NCBI GenBank assembly: GCA_043815665.1
Contig: JBDRIT010000025.1
Span: 67,487-131,486 of the forward strand
Direction: 5' to 3'
Source: Pseudomonadota bacterium
GTDB lineage: Bacteria; Myxococcota_A; UBA9042; CAIXZC01
Length of the DNA stretch: 64,000 bases
This document shows, in pieces, positions 36,088 through 46,700 of this stretch. Under the pieces are notes generated by a model, which was given only the letters and a program-made list of their open reading frames with translations, did no database searches and was not told where the DNA came from. Position 1 is the stretch's first letter. The number at the start of each line of letters is the position of its first letter. Position numbers and translations under genes: made by a program.

Positions 36088-36909
36088 TCAGGGATACAGC
36101 CGCGACAGCACCCAGGTGGAGACCTGGCTCTCCCAGGCGCAGGCGGCGAGGAGGGTGAGCAGGGCGAGGCCGCTGGTCATGGCGCTGGCGTCCAACACCC
36201 GGCGCAGCTCCGGCGACCCCGAGCGGTATCGCTGGAGGCCCTTGGAGAGGAAGACCCCGGCCATGGCGACCAGGACGTAGGCCATGGACTCCAGGAGCAG
36301 GTGGGGCAGGATGCCGGGGAGCAGGCGGCCCAGCTCCGCGACGGCGGTGATGCCCTCACCGGGGGCGGCGCGCCGCACCAGCACGGGGAACGCGCTGCCC
36401 CAGAGGGACGCGTTCCATCCGAGGACGAGGAGGATCCCGCCCTCCCGGTAGACCAGCGCGGCCAGGAAGCCCGCGATCATCACCAGCGCGTTGTGACCCA
36501 GGAGGGTCAGGAAGCCCGGCAGGATCAGGTCCCCCGCGGTGCGCCCGCCGAAGGGGGCGAGCTGGGGATCGAAGATCCGGTCCAGGCTGGCCACCGGCGC
36601 AGCCAGGGACACCAGGGCGTACGCGGCCAGGAGCCCCGTGAACATGGAGAGGACCGCGAAGGCCAGGCGCTCGTTGGCCCGGTAGGATCCGTCGCCGCGA
36701 CGCCAGATATCGTCCTGATTCCGTTCGAAGAGCCGCTGGAGGGTGTCCGCCGCGGCGAAGCCCACCAGGAAGACCGAGACCAACCCTGCGTACTGCGGAA
36801 AGAGCACCCAGGCGGCCCCGATGCCAGCGAGGCCCAGGAGGAAGGCCTCCGCGAGGATCAGGCGGTTGGAGAGACCCTGCCGGTCGTAGAGGGGGTGGAA
36901 GAGGTACAT
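36088..36909 (-). CDS. polytopic membrane protein (SpoIIM/DUF95-like)
   Basis: 273 aa with ~6 hydrophobic helices. 10 nt downstream of the transglutaminase-like gene. Confidence 0.6.
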   Translation of the reverse strand: MYLFHPLYDRQGLSNRLILAEAFLLGLAGIGAAWVLFPQYAGLVSVFLVGFAAADTLQRLFERNQDDIWRRGDGSYRANERLAFAVLSMFTGLLAAYALVSLAAPVASLDRIFDPQLAPFGGRTAGDLILPGFLTLLGHNALVMIAGFLAALVYREGGILLVLGWNASLWGSAFPVLVRRAAPGEGITAVAELGRLLPGILPHLLLESMAYVLVAMAGVFLSKGLQRYRSGSPELRRVLDASAMTSGLALLTLLAACAWESQVSTWVLSRLYP

Positions 36910-36919
36910 GGGGCGGCGG

Positions 36920-38896
36920 TCAGCCCCCCTGCGGTGTCAGGCGGAGGGCCAGATGGCCTCCGGGCGGGATCTCGAAGGGGGTCTCCAGGGCCTCCGGCCA
37001 GCCGGCGTCGTTTCCGTCCAGGGGCGTCACCGTGAGGGTCGCCCCCCCCAGGACCACCGTGTGGAGGAAGCCCGGGTTCGCAAGAACCACGACCCAGTCC
37101 CGATCCAGGGGCACCGCGACGGAGAGGACGTCGTCGTCGCCCTCGAGCAGCAGCACCGCCGCGGCGGGTGGGTCATCCCCCGCCTGGAAGGCCGCGTAGC
37201 CCTCGGCGTCGGTGACGAAGCCCAGGACCGGGGCGCGTTCGTCCGCCCGGGAGAAGGTGGTGTCGTAGGTATAGGTGGCCTGGAGGGTCCGGGTCCCGTC
37301 GAGGCGGGCCGCGAGGCGGAGCTCCACCTCGGGGGTCGCGTCCCCGATCAGATCCGCCTCGGCGGGGGCGGGGCCAGGCTCCTTGTGGCCGGGCACCGTC
37401 ACCGCAGCGGAGAAGAGATCCTCCTCGACGGGGCCCGTGACCAGGGGTCCGAGGGAATCGACATCAGGCCAGTCACCGAAGGGGGTCTTCACCAGCATGG
37501 CGTAGTCGTGGGCGCGCCCGATGTTGGCCCGAGCCACCCCCGCGATGTCCGAGAAGGCCTCGTACACGTAGTACCAGAGGCCATCGTCCTTGGCCCCGTA
37601 GATCAGCACCCGGGCGCCGTCCACGGGCGCGCCGGCCTCGTCGGTGACCGTGACCTCGACGTCGAAGGCCTCCCCCCAGGTCTGGGAGTCCGTGGTCACC
37701 AGGGAGTCCCCCCGGGTCCAGGTGCAGGCGAAGACGTTGTCCCCGTAGTACTTCTTGTGCCCGATGAACGCGCCGATGGGCTCCATGCCGATCCACTCCG
37801 CCCCGTCCCAGATCTCGTCCCAGGTATGATCGTTGGTGTGCGCGCCCACGTTGCGGGCGGGGATCAGCCCGGTCCGCGCAGCCGCGGAGGTGAGATCCGC
37901 GTGCTCCCCGCAGTTGCCCCACTTGATCGCGTAGATCCGGTTGGGCTGGATCGGCCGCTCCCCGGCCATCGCGCCGAAGTCCAGGGCCTCGAGGACGAAC
38001 CGCGTGACCCCCCCCAGCGCCCCGTTGTCGTCGACGGTGTTGGGCAGGGACCTCCAGAGGACGTCCTCTCCGACGAGGAAGTCCGCCAGGAGGGGGCAGG
38101 TGGAGTAGCCCGGACACGCGAACATGCCCTCCAGCGCGCCGTCCCAGAGGAAGGTCCGCCAGAACTGGCCCTCCTCCGGCGCCACGGGGCACTGGGTCGG
38201 CTGCTTGAGGCACTGGGCCCATCCGTCGATGTAGAAGGGCCACTCGTCCTCCAGGCGGGGATGGACAACGAACCAGTAGTAGATGTCGGGATCGATGGTC
38301 CGCTCCTCGAGGTCGCCCTCGGCGGTCTCGATGGTGTAGGTCGCGGTGGTGTGGAAGTCGTCGTCCTGATCCGGGACGCCCACGTCCACCGGGGTCACGT
38401 AGTCGAGGACCTCGTCCTTCGCGTAGAGGTCCGCGGCGCTCTCCACGATGAGCTCCGGGTAGAACGCGGGATCCACGAGGATCTCCGGGCTCACGTGGGC
38501 CAGCATGAAGGCCACCTCGTCCAGGATCCGGGGATCCTCGATCCCCAGGATCAACGCGGCGAACACCTCCTGCTGGTCGGCGAAGAGCATGTCGAACTGG
38601 ATCCGGAGATCCGGGCGGAGCCAAGCCGGTGCCCGGGCGATCGCGTCCGCCGCGGTGGGCATGAGCGGGATCGCCGGGGTCGCGATCTGGAGGAGCGGCG
38701 GGAGGCGGGCGGGGGGGAGATCGGGGACCGTGTCCGCGACGGGCTCGGCGTCGGCGACGGAGGCCGCATCGTCCGCAGAGTCGGGCCAGGGGGTGACGTC
38801 GGGATCAGCGCCTGAGTCGCCGCTCTCGCCACAGGACATAGCGACAAATATGCAGCATATCAAAGTAGCTAAACGACATTTCTTAATGTATTTCAT
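36920..38896 (-). CDS. transglutaminase-like cysteine protease-fold lipoprotein
   Basis: MKYIKKCRLATLICCIFVAMSCG lipobox-type signal sequence. Core GNCGEHADL...H...D catalytic triad context. The 5' end is strikingly AT-rich. Confidence 0.75.
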   Translation of the reverse strand: MKYIKKCRLATLICCIFVAMSCGESGDSGADPDVTPWPDSADDAASVADAEPVADTVPDLPPARLPPLLQIATPAIPLMPTAADAIARAPAWLRPDLRIQFDMLFADQQEVFAALILGIEDPRILDEVAFMLAHVSPEILVDPAFYPELIVESAADLYAKDEVLDYVTPVDVGVPDQDDDFHTTATYTIETAEGDLEERTIDPDIYYWFVVHPRLEDEWPFYIDGWAQCLKQPTQCPVAPEEGQFWRTFLWDGALEGMFACPGYSTCPLLADFLVGEDVLWRSLPNTVDDNGALGGVTRFVLEALDFGAMAGERPIQPNRIYAIKWGNCGEHADLTSAAARTGLIPARNVGAHTNDHTWDEIWDGAEWIGMEPIGAFIGHKKYYGDNVFACTWTRGDSLVTTDSQTWGEAFDVEVTVTDEAGAPVDGARVLIYGAKDDGLWYYVYEAFSDIAGVARANIGRAHDYAMLVKTPFGDWPDVDSLGPLVTGPVEEDLFSAAVTVPGHKEPGPAPAEADLIGDATPEVELRLAARLDGTRTLQATYTYDTTFSRADERAPVLGFVTDAEGYAAFQAGDDPPAAAVLLLEGDDDVLSVAVPLDRDWVVVLANPGFLHTVVLGGATLTVTPLDGNDAGWPEALETPFEIPPGGHLALRLTPQGG

Positions 38897-39042
38897 TAGC
38901 GCACCTGCCTGCAAACCGGGTCCAGGATGACTTTATCGGAGCCCGGGGATTGCGTAAAGGGCGGGGAATCGAGGACGGGAACGCGGAGGCTTGCTTCGAG
39001 TTTGTGTGGGAGGCTATGCTCCGGGCGAAGGTGGAGGGGGAC

Positions 39043-39951
39043 ATGGCAAAGATCACGGCGCATCCGGAGTACTTGTTCGATCGGGACACGCGGCACCTGA
39101 TGGTCTGGCCGCACCAGGACGACGAGGTGATGTACGCGGGGCTCATCAGCCGCCTCGGTGCGGAGGTGGACTTCGTCTGGGTGACCAATGGGGACGGTCT
39201 GGCCCCCGAGGCGGGTGCGGACCCCGCCGAGTACGCGGTGATGCGCATGAAGGAGACCGACGCGGTCCTGGGGACCCTCGGTCGGCCCCTGGCGCGACGG
39301 ACGAACCTCGCGTACTCGGAGATCGCCATCTACGATGGCTTCGCCGACCTGACCCGCACCCCGGAGCGGCGGGACGGGATCATGGACTTCTTCGGCGGGA
39401 TCGCGGACGCGGTCTACCGGGAGGTTGCACGGGTCCGACCCCAGGTGGTCTGGGTCCCCGCGTTCCAGAACGGCCACCCGGAGCACGACCTGGTGCACAT
39501 CGTCACCGCCCTGGCCCTCCGGCGCCTCCGACGGGAGGGCCACGAGATCGCCCTCTACCACGTCCCGGAATACGAGTACCTGATCTTCATCCCCCACCGG
39601 TTCCACCCGCGGTACAAGGGCGTCGTCCACGCCCTCCGGCTCACCCCGGAGGAGGTCGCGCTGAAGCACCGGTGCCTCGCGTGTTACCCCAGCCAGCTGG
39701 GCCTGTTCCGGTACTTCGAGCGGATCATCACCGGGATCGGAAGCTCCGGGCGGCTGGTCGGGCGCGGGTTCACCGTCGAGGACTTCATGGCCCTGGAGCA
39801 GTTCGGTCCCGTGGACCGGGATCTGGACTACACCCGGTCGACCCACGTCTTCGAGTGGGCCAACTACATCAACGAGAAGCACGACGGCGTGAAGATCCGC
39901 TTCGACCGCCACATCGCCGAGATCGCGAGGGAGTTGGTGAGGAGACTCTGA
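39043..39951 (+). CDS. LmbE/PIG-L family N-acetylglucosaminyl deacetylase
   Basis: VWPHQDDEVMYAG matches the PIG-L HPDDE motif. A GGAGGGGG RBS before MAKITAHPEY. Confidence 0.75.
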   Translation: MAKITAHPEYLFDRDTRHLMVWPHQDDEVMYAGLISRLGAEVDFVWVTNGDGLAPEAGADPAEYAVMRMKETDAVLGTLGRPLARRTNLAYSEIAIYDGFADLTRTPERRDGIMDFFGGIADAVYREVARVRPQVVWVPAFQNGHPEHDLVHIVTALALRRLRREGHEIALYHVPEYEYLIFIPHRFHPRYKGVVHALRLTPEEVALKHRCLACYPSQLGLFRYFERIITGIGSSGRLVGRGFTVEDFMALEQFGPVDRDLDYTRSTHVFEWANYINEKHDGVKIRFDRHIAEIARELVRRL

Positions 39952-39966
39952 GCCGCTCGCTCAGGA
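39947..39966. terminator. hairpin between convergent genes (tctgagc-cgctc-gctcaga-like)
   Basis: 6-7-bp stem overlapping the LmbE stop codon. No U-tract. Confidence 0.3.
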
Positions 39967-39980
39967 TGACCGGGGAGCTA

Positions 39981-41798
39981 TCAATCCAGGCAGTACTCGT
40001 AGTTGTTCCGGATCGCGTCGTCCCCGGGGAACGCCCCCATGCCCTCCTCCGCGGCTTTGAGGCAGCGGACCCGATCACCGGCCCGGGCAGCCTCGGCGGT
40101 CCAGGTCACGTAGATCCCGCGCAGGAGCTCCCGGTCGTCCCGGGGGAGGCCGATCCCCATCGTGTCCTCGATGAGCCGGACTCCCTGCGCAGCCTTCCCC
40201 TGTCTCCCGAGACGCTTCGCCGCGTTGAGGACCACCCGCCAGAGCGCGGCGAGGACCTCCCCGTCCCCTTCCAGGAGCGCGGTCCCCTCCACCAGGAGCG
40301 CGAGGCCCGCGTCGGTGCCGTCCCCGATCCCCTGACCGGACAGGTTGACCAGGGCGCTCACGTAGTTCTGGCGCCATCGGTCCCCGGTCGCGCCGTCGAC
40401 GAAGCCATCCCGGAACAGGGTCGCGGCCGCAGCCCAATCCTTGGTGCGGAAGGTCGCGATGGCCACCTGGAAGCGCAGGAGATCCAGCGCGACGGCGGCG
40501 AGGGCGCGTCGCAGCCCCACGTCCCGGGCCCTGTGGGCCAACGCGAGCCCCTCGGCCACCCGGCCCTCCTCGACCTGGATCCGCTGGACGCTGCGCTGCA
40601 CGGCGACGGCGTAGTTGTGTCCCACGGTCTCGGGGACCGGTTCGAACGCCTCCAGCCCCTCACGGGCCACCGTGAGACCCTCGGGGATCCGGCCGGAGTC
40701 CAGCAGCCTGGAGACGTGGCGGGTGTAGCAGACCTCGAGGTTGTTCAGGAGCACCCCCTGCCCCGGATGTCGACCCAGACCTTCCAGGAGCGCGTCCCGG
40801 GCGTCGGTGAAGCGCTCGGCCTCGACCAGGGCCATCCCCTTCTTGTGGAAGGCGTAGATCGCCCACTCGTCCATGCTGTCCCGGAGCTTCCGGGTCAGAT
40901 CCCCGATGGTGCGGGCCCGATCCATCAGCTCGATGGCGGCGTCGTACCGGCGCTCCTTGAGGAGGCTCCAGGCGAGGTTGTTGATCATCCCGTCCCGGGA
41001 CTCCCGGAAACGACGGATCCCCCCCCCAACGGCGGTCGCCTTGCTGAACGCGGCCAGCGCGCCCTCGGGGTCCCGGTCCCGGAGGCGGGCCACTCCGATG
41101 TTGGAGTAGACCAGGGCCACGAGGACCCGGTTGTCCACACGCTCCCGTTCCCCCTCGATCTCCTTGATCAATGCAGTGTTCTCCACGGCGTCGCCCCCCT
41201 GATGACGGACGGCCTCGCCGCCGAGGTTCCGCGCCTCGAGGAACCGCTTGTACTCGTCCAGGGTCCGCGCCGGCGAGAACCCCTTCGGCGACGTGGTCTC
41301 CACCTCGATCCAGCGATCGCCCGCACGGACCACGGAGTAGACGTGGCTCGGCACGAGGACCGCAGCAGAGCGGATCCCCAGCTCCTCGAGGAGGCCGTTG
41401 TAGAGGAGGGTCGCGGACACGCAGTTGTACCGGCCGTCGTTCAGGACCCCGGGGAGGTCCACGCCGTGGACCTCGTAGCGAACGAGGATCTCCTGATGGA
41501 GCCACTCGAAGACCCGGCGGGCGCGGTCCCTGTTGGCCCCCTCCCCTGCCGCCGCCCGGGCTGCGTCCACCAGGCCCTCGACGCGGGGCCGGAACCGGCC
41601 CAGGTCCTCGGTCCAGACCACTCCAGAGGCCACCAGCCCGGCCTCCACCAGGTTCATGTCGTCCAGGCTGCCGTCGGCCATGTCCGCCAGCAGCGCCTTC
41701 TCCGCCGGCCCAGTGACGGAGTCCGTGCCGGGTTCGGCAGCGGCCCACGGTGAACCCAGGAACGTGAACAGGGAAAGGGTGATGATGAGATCTCGCAT
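39981..41798 (-). CDS. secreted transglutaminase-like domain + TPR-like helical repeat protein
   Basis: Signal peptide MRDLIITLSLFTFLGSPWAAA. GRYNCVSATLLYNG...VPSHVYSVV is a transglutaminase-like Cys/His core. The C-terminal ~350 aa are helical repeats. Confidence 0.65.
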   Translation of the reverse strand: MRDLIITLSLFTFLGSPWAAAEPGTDSVTGPAEKALLADMADGSLDDMNLVEAGLVASGVVWTEDLGRFRPRVEGLVDAARAAAGEGANRDRARRVFEWLHQEILVRYEVHGVDLPGVLNDGRYNCVSATLLYNGLLEELGIRSAAVLVPSHVYSVVRAGDRWIEVETTSPKGFSPARTLDEYKRFLEARNLGGEAVRHQGGDAVENTALIKEIEGERERVDNRVLVALVYSNIGVARLRDRDPEGALAAFSKATAVGGGIRRFRESRDGMINNLAWSLLKERRYDAAIELMDRARTIGDLTRKLRDSMDEWAIYAFHKKGMALVEAERFTDARDALLEGLGRHPGQGVLLNNLEVCYTRHVSRLLDSGRIPEGLTVAREGLEAFEPVPETVGHNYAVAVQRSVQRIQVEEGRVAEGLALAHRARDVGLRRALAAVALDLLRFQVAIATFRTKDWAAAATLFRDGFVDGATGDRWRQNYVSALVNLSGQGIGDGTDAGLALLVEGTALLEGDGEVLAALWRVVLNAAKRLGRQGKAAQGVRLIEDTMGIGLPRDDRELLRGIYVTWTAEAARAGDRVRCLKAAEEGMGAFPGDDAIRNNYEYCLD

Positions 41799-41902
41799 TT
41801 CCGCTCCGTCGCCCGAGGCCCTCTCCGGAGAACGTGACCGCCGACCCGTTTATTCTGGACATGCCCCCGGGTTTTTACAAACATGCAGACGGGAGGTGAC
41901 CC

Positions 41903-43666
41903 ATGAGCTGGAGGGACTGGAAGTACGCGCTGGTCCAGTTCAACCCGGTGCCCGGGGCCCTGGAGCACAACGCGTCCCGGATCATCGCGCTGGGTCGCGC
42001 CGCCCGGGACCTGGGCGCGGACGTCGTGATCTTCCCCGAGACCGCGCTCCCCGGATACTGCATCGCCGACCTCCACAAGGACATGAGCTTCGTCCGCCGC
42101 AACCGGCGGATCCTCGAGGAGACCCTCGCCCCCGCGCTCGCCGACGTGGTCACGGTGCTGGGCTACATCGACGTTGACGACGTACGTCGCATGGCAGATG
42201 GGCTCCCGGCCCGCAGGAACCGCTACGCGGTGTGCCAGGGCGGTCGCGTCCTGGCGACGGGCACGAAGACCCTCCTCGTCGACGACGGGGTCCTGGAGGA
42301 CTCACGCCACTACCTGCCGGGGGACCCGGACGAGGTCCGCCCCGTGGAGGTCGTCTGCGGCGGTCGTCGGCTCCGCATCGGGGTGCTGATCTGCCAGGAT
42401 CTCTGGGACGACGAGGCCCAGGTCAAGCCGGCGCTGCTCCAGCGGGACCGGGGCGCCGAGATCCTGGTCGCGATCAACTCCTCGCCCTTCCACGTGGGCC
42501 GCCTCGCGGACCGCCGGGCGGTGGCCGCGGCCCGGGTCCGGGAGACCGGCCTGCCCCTGCTCTACGCCAACACCGTGGGTGCGCAGGACAACGGCAAGAA
42601 CATCATCCTCTTCGACGGCGGCGGCTTCGCGCTTGGCCCCGACGGCGGACTCCTCGCCCAGGGACCGCTCTTCGACGAGACCCCCGTCCTCTTCGACCCC
42701 GCCGCTCCGGCCACGTCCATCCCTCCCCTGGAGCCCGTGGACGAGCTGCACAGGGCCCTGGTCATGGGGATCGCGGACTTCTACGTGAAGACCGGGGTGT
42801 TCCGGGGCGCGGTCATCGGCCTCTCGGGGGGCATCGACTCCACCGTGGACGCGGCCCTCCTGGTGGAGGCCCTCGGCGCGGATCGGGTCCTGGGCGTCAA
42901 CATGCCCAGCCGCTTCAACAGCGACATCACCCGGGGCATCGCCGCGGACCTGGCCGGCAACCTGGGCATCGAGTACCTGGTCCACCCGATCCAGGAGATC
43001 GTGGATGCGAAGGTCGCCGCCTGGCGTCGGGCCACGGGGAGCGACCTCGCCTCCCTCACCCTGGAGAACATCCAGGCCCGGGAGCGGGGCAACATCCTGA
43101 TGACCGCCTCCCAGGAGCGGCGCTTCATGGTCGTGGGGAACGGGAACAAGACCGAGTTCCAGCGGGGCTACGCGACCTTGTACGGCGACATCGTCGGCGC
43201 GCTCATGCCCCTGGGGGACGTGCACAAGCTCGATGTCTACCGGCTGGGCCGACATCTGAACGGACTCCTGGATGGTGCGATCCCCGAAGCGGTCTTCGGG
43301 ATCAAGGCCTCCGCGGAGCTCTCCGACGCACAGGACGTGTCCCGGGGCGGCGGGGATCCCTTCGACTACCACGTCGAGGCCCCCCTGGGGGTGGAGCTGG
43401 TCGAGCGGGGCCGCAGCCCCGAGGAGCTGGCCGCCCTGTTCCAGGCCAGGGAGCTGGATCCCTTGCTCTGGGTCCGGGACGGGACCGGGCGCCTGGTCTA
43501 CGACAAGCTCACACCCGAGGCCTTCCGGGACGCGGCGCTGGCCACCCTCCGGGCGATCCGCTCCAGCGTGTTCAAGCGGGTCCAGGCGCCGCCGATCCTG
43601 GTGGTCTCCCCCCGGGCCTTCGGTTTCGACTTCCGGGAAGCCCTCCTGGTCCGGGACCGCTGTTGA
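41903..43666 (+). CDS. nadE: glutamine-dependent NAD+ synthetase (CN-hydrolase + NadE domains)
   Basis: N-terminal nitrilase-like domain (VIFPETALPGY...CQDLW). C-terminal SGGIDS PP-loop. Confidence 0.92.
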   Translation: MSWRDWKYALVQFNPVPGALEHNASRIIALGRAARDLGADVVIFPETALPGYCIADLHKDMSFVRRNRRILEETLAPALADVVTVLGYIDVDDVRRMADGLPARRNRYAVCQGGRVLATGTKTLLVDDGVLEDSRHYLPGDPDEVRPVEVVCGGRRLRIGVLICQDLWDDEAQVKPALLQRDRGAEILVAINSSPFHVGRLADRRAVAAARVRETGLPLLYANTVGAQDNGKNIILFDGGGFALGPDGGLLAQGPLFDETPVLFDPAAPATSIPPLEPVDELHRALVMGIADFYVKTGVFRGAVIGLSGGIDSTVDAALLVEALGADRVLGVNMPSRFNSDITRGIAADLAGNLGIEYLVHPIQEIVDAKVAAWRRATGSDLASLTLENIQARERGNILMTASQERRFMVVGNGNKTEFQRGYATLYGDIVGALMPLGDVHKLDVYRLGRHLNGLLDGAIPEAVFGIKASAELSDAQDVSRGGGDPFDYHVEAPLGVELVERGRSPEELAALFQARELDPLLWVRDGTGRLVYDKLTPEAFRDAALATLRAIRSSVFKRVQAPPILVVSPRAFGFDFREALLVRDRC

Positions 43667-43691
43667 ACGCCTGCGGGTCTCCTCGTATAAT
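43663..43691 (+). promoter_or_regulatory. near-consensus sigma70-type promoter TTGAAC-N17-TATAAT
   Basis: TTGAAC at 43663-43668 (overlapping the nadE stop), a 17-nt spacer, then TATAAT at 43686-43691. About 40 nt upstream of the Cys-rich gene start. Confidence 0.5.
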
Positions 43692-43732
43692 GCCTTCGCT
43701 CCGATCCGGGAGACATCTGCACGGGGGTCTGC

Positions 43733-46700
43733 ATGAGCATGAAGGGACGTTGGACGATGCGCTTCGCGATGACCGCGATCCTGGTTGCGGCCCTGGCCGC
43801 GCCGGCCGCCGCTGCGACCTGGAGCTACGGCTTCGACAATGACCTCCAGGAGTTCTCGGGGACCGACGGCTGGGTCTCCCAGTACTGCTCGGACCCGTGG
43901 ACCACCGCGCTCAACGGCGGCGTCACGCCGAAGACCGACGACGGCTGCAACGTGGAGCAGTGCACCCCGAGCAACAACTGCGGGTACAACTGGGGCTACT
44001 GGCTCCAGTGGGGCCAGTGCATCCAATCCGACCCCCTGGACAACCACATCACCTACGGCCCGAAGACCTGGCAGGACTACGTCTTCCGGGCGGACATGCG
44101 CAACGACGACGACGACACCTTCGGGTTCGTGTTCCGCTACCAGAACTCGGGGCAGTTCTACCTCTTCATGATCTCCCGGAACATCGCCCCCCTGCCGAAC
44201 CTCGGCTGCGGTCACGAGATCTATGGCGCGGCCCTGTACCGGATCGAGGGGTCCGACGGGACCGTGCTGGGCACGGCGGAGAACGTCGTCTACCAGCCCG
44301 GCCAGGTGCACAAGGTGCAGATCACGGTGCAGGGGAACCACCTCACCGTCCAGTTCGACACGAACCACGACGGCGCGTTCGGCGCCGACGAGACCATCTT
44401 CGACCTGGACGACCCCGATCCGCTGCCCTCGGGCCAGGTGGGCTTCTTCGCCTGGGAGAACGGCGCAACAGGGAACGACGCCGACCCCTGCTCCGCGGGG
44501 GGCTGCTGGTTCGACAACGCAGAGGTGGACGTCCTGGCGGTCGACGATCCCTGCGACGGAATCTCCTGGGAGGGCTACTGCGAAGGGAACACCGCGGTCT
44601 ACTGCGACGACGGCGTGGTCAAGGAGGTCAACTGCCAGGGCTGCTGCGCCTGGATCCCCCAGCAGGAGTACTACTGGTGCACCAACGGACCCTCCTGCCA
44701 GCAGGACTGCATCCCCGAGTGCGGGCAGGGGGACTTCGGCTGCTCGGACCAGGGGACCCACGCCTGGGTCTGCGGACAGGACTCCACGGGGTGCTGGATC
44801 CGGTCCTGGACCGCGTGTACCCAGTCCGGCGTCTGCGATGCGGCGACGGGGCAATGCGCGGGCAACCCCTGCGAGCCCCAGTGCGTCGGCGAGGACGGCC
44901 AGCTGATGGCGTGTGGACCCGATGGCTGCGGCGGCGCTTGCGGCACCTGCCCCGGGGACTCCTACTGCGGCGCCGGGTTCACCTGCGTCGAGGACTGCAT
45001 GCCGAACTGCGGCGGAAAGATCTGCGGCTCTGACGGCTGTGGCGGCGCCTGCGGCGCCTGCCCCCCGGGCTTCGAGTGCAACCAGCAGGGCTTGTGCCAG
45101 GCCCAGTGCCTGCCCAACTGTGTGGGCAAGCAATGCGGCAACGACGGCTGCGGCGGGTCCTGCGGGATCTGTCCGCCGGGCCTCACCTGCGTGGACTACC
45201 AGTGCACCGTCTGCACCCCGGACTGCACCGACAAGCAATGCGGCGGCGATGGCTGCGGCGGCCTCTGCGGGACCTGCCCCGAGGACTTCACCTGCGAGGA
45301 CAACCTGTGCGTCGAGGGCCCCTGCGAGCCCCAGTGCGTCAGCGCCGACGGCCTGATGAAGCAATGCGGCCCGAACGGGTGCGCCGGCTTCTGCGGCTTC
45401 TGCCCCCCGGGCCTGGAGTGCAACGACGCTGGGATGTGCATCTCCACCTGCACGCCGGACTGCGAGGGAAAGGACTGCGGCCCCGACGGGTGCGACGGTT
45501 TCTGCGGACAATGCGACGACGACGCGCTCTGCTGGGACGGCCAGTGCATCGTCCAGGACAGCTGCGTGGGCTTCTGCGGCGAGCAGGGACCGAGCTGCTA
45601 CTGTGACCCGCAGTGCCAGGACTACGGCGACTGCTGCGACGACGCCTGCGAGGCCTGCCCTGACCTCCCCTTCTGCGGTCAGTGCCAGCCCCTCTGCGCC
45701 GATCCCCTCGGCAACCCCTTCGAGTGCGGCGACGACGGCTGCAGCGGCGCCTGCGGTCTCTGCGGCGACGGTGACGTCTGCCAGGGACACGTCTGCGTCC
45801 CCGACGGCCCCGTCATCCCCGAGACCTGCAGCGAGATCCAGGGCTGCATCGAGCAGTGCGGGGACGACGAGGCGTGCGCAGCCGCATGCTTCGAGGTGGC
45901 CCCGCCGGACGCCCAGCAGCTCTACTTCGAGCTGGTGCAATGCTATCAGGGCGCAGAGGGACTCTGCGACTGCGTCGGAGAGGACGACAACTGCTGGCTC
46001 GTCTGCCTCTTGACGGAGTGCGAGGCGGTCATCGACGCGTGCTATGCGTTCCAGGGGGACTGCGGCGACATCGTCGGCTGCACCCAGGAGTGCACGGGCG
46101 GCACCTGCATGGCGGACTGTCTGAACTCCGAAGGCGACGTCGCGGCCAAGCTCCTCTTCATGGAGGTCGCCGCCTGCGTCGAGAACGCCTGCGCCGATCC
46201 CTTCCCCGGCTGCGTCGAGGACGCGCTCCAGGGACCCTGCGCCGACCTCTTCGAGGAGTGCACCGGCGGCGCCTGCGAGCCCGACTGCCAGGGCCCCGAC
46301 GGACCGATGCAATGCGGCGGCGACGGCTGCGGCGGGAGCTGCGGCGAGTGCGGGGCCGGCGCCTCCTGCGTCGGCGGGGAATGCGTCGACGACGGAGACC
46401 CCTGTGGGCTCGCCTGCGCAGGCAAGGAGTGCGGCTCCACCAACGGCTGCCTCTGCGGCACCTGCGACGCGGGCCAGGCCTGCGACGACGGCGAGTGCAT
46501 CCCCGTAGGAGAGTGCACCCCGGGCGACTACAAGCAGTGCGTGGGCGACATCCTGTACTGGTTCGACTCCTGTGACCAGCAGGGGCCGCCCACGGAGATC
46601 TGCAAGGGGACCTGCGTCGAGGACAAATGCGTGGACGAGGAGCCTGGCACCGGGGACGTGATCGATCCCGAGGACGCAGGCCCGGACCCGGACATCACCG

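Noticed and set aside
6786-39974. 15-nt motif ctcgctcaggatgac shared between 6789-6803 and 39956-39970 as a dispersed repeat family
   Set aside because: With both strands considered, several chance 15-mer identities are expected in 64 kb of biased composition. Only two copies were seen, both within local hairpins, so this is not enough to call a repeat family.
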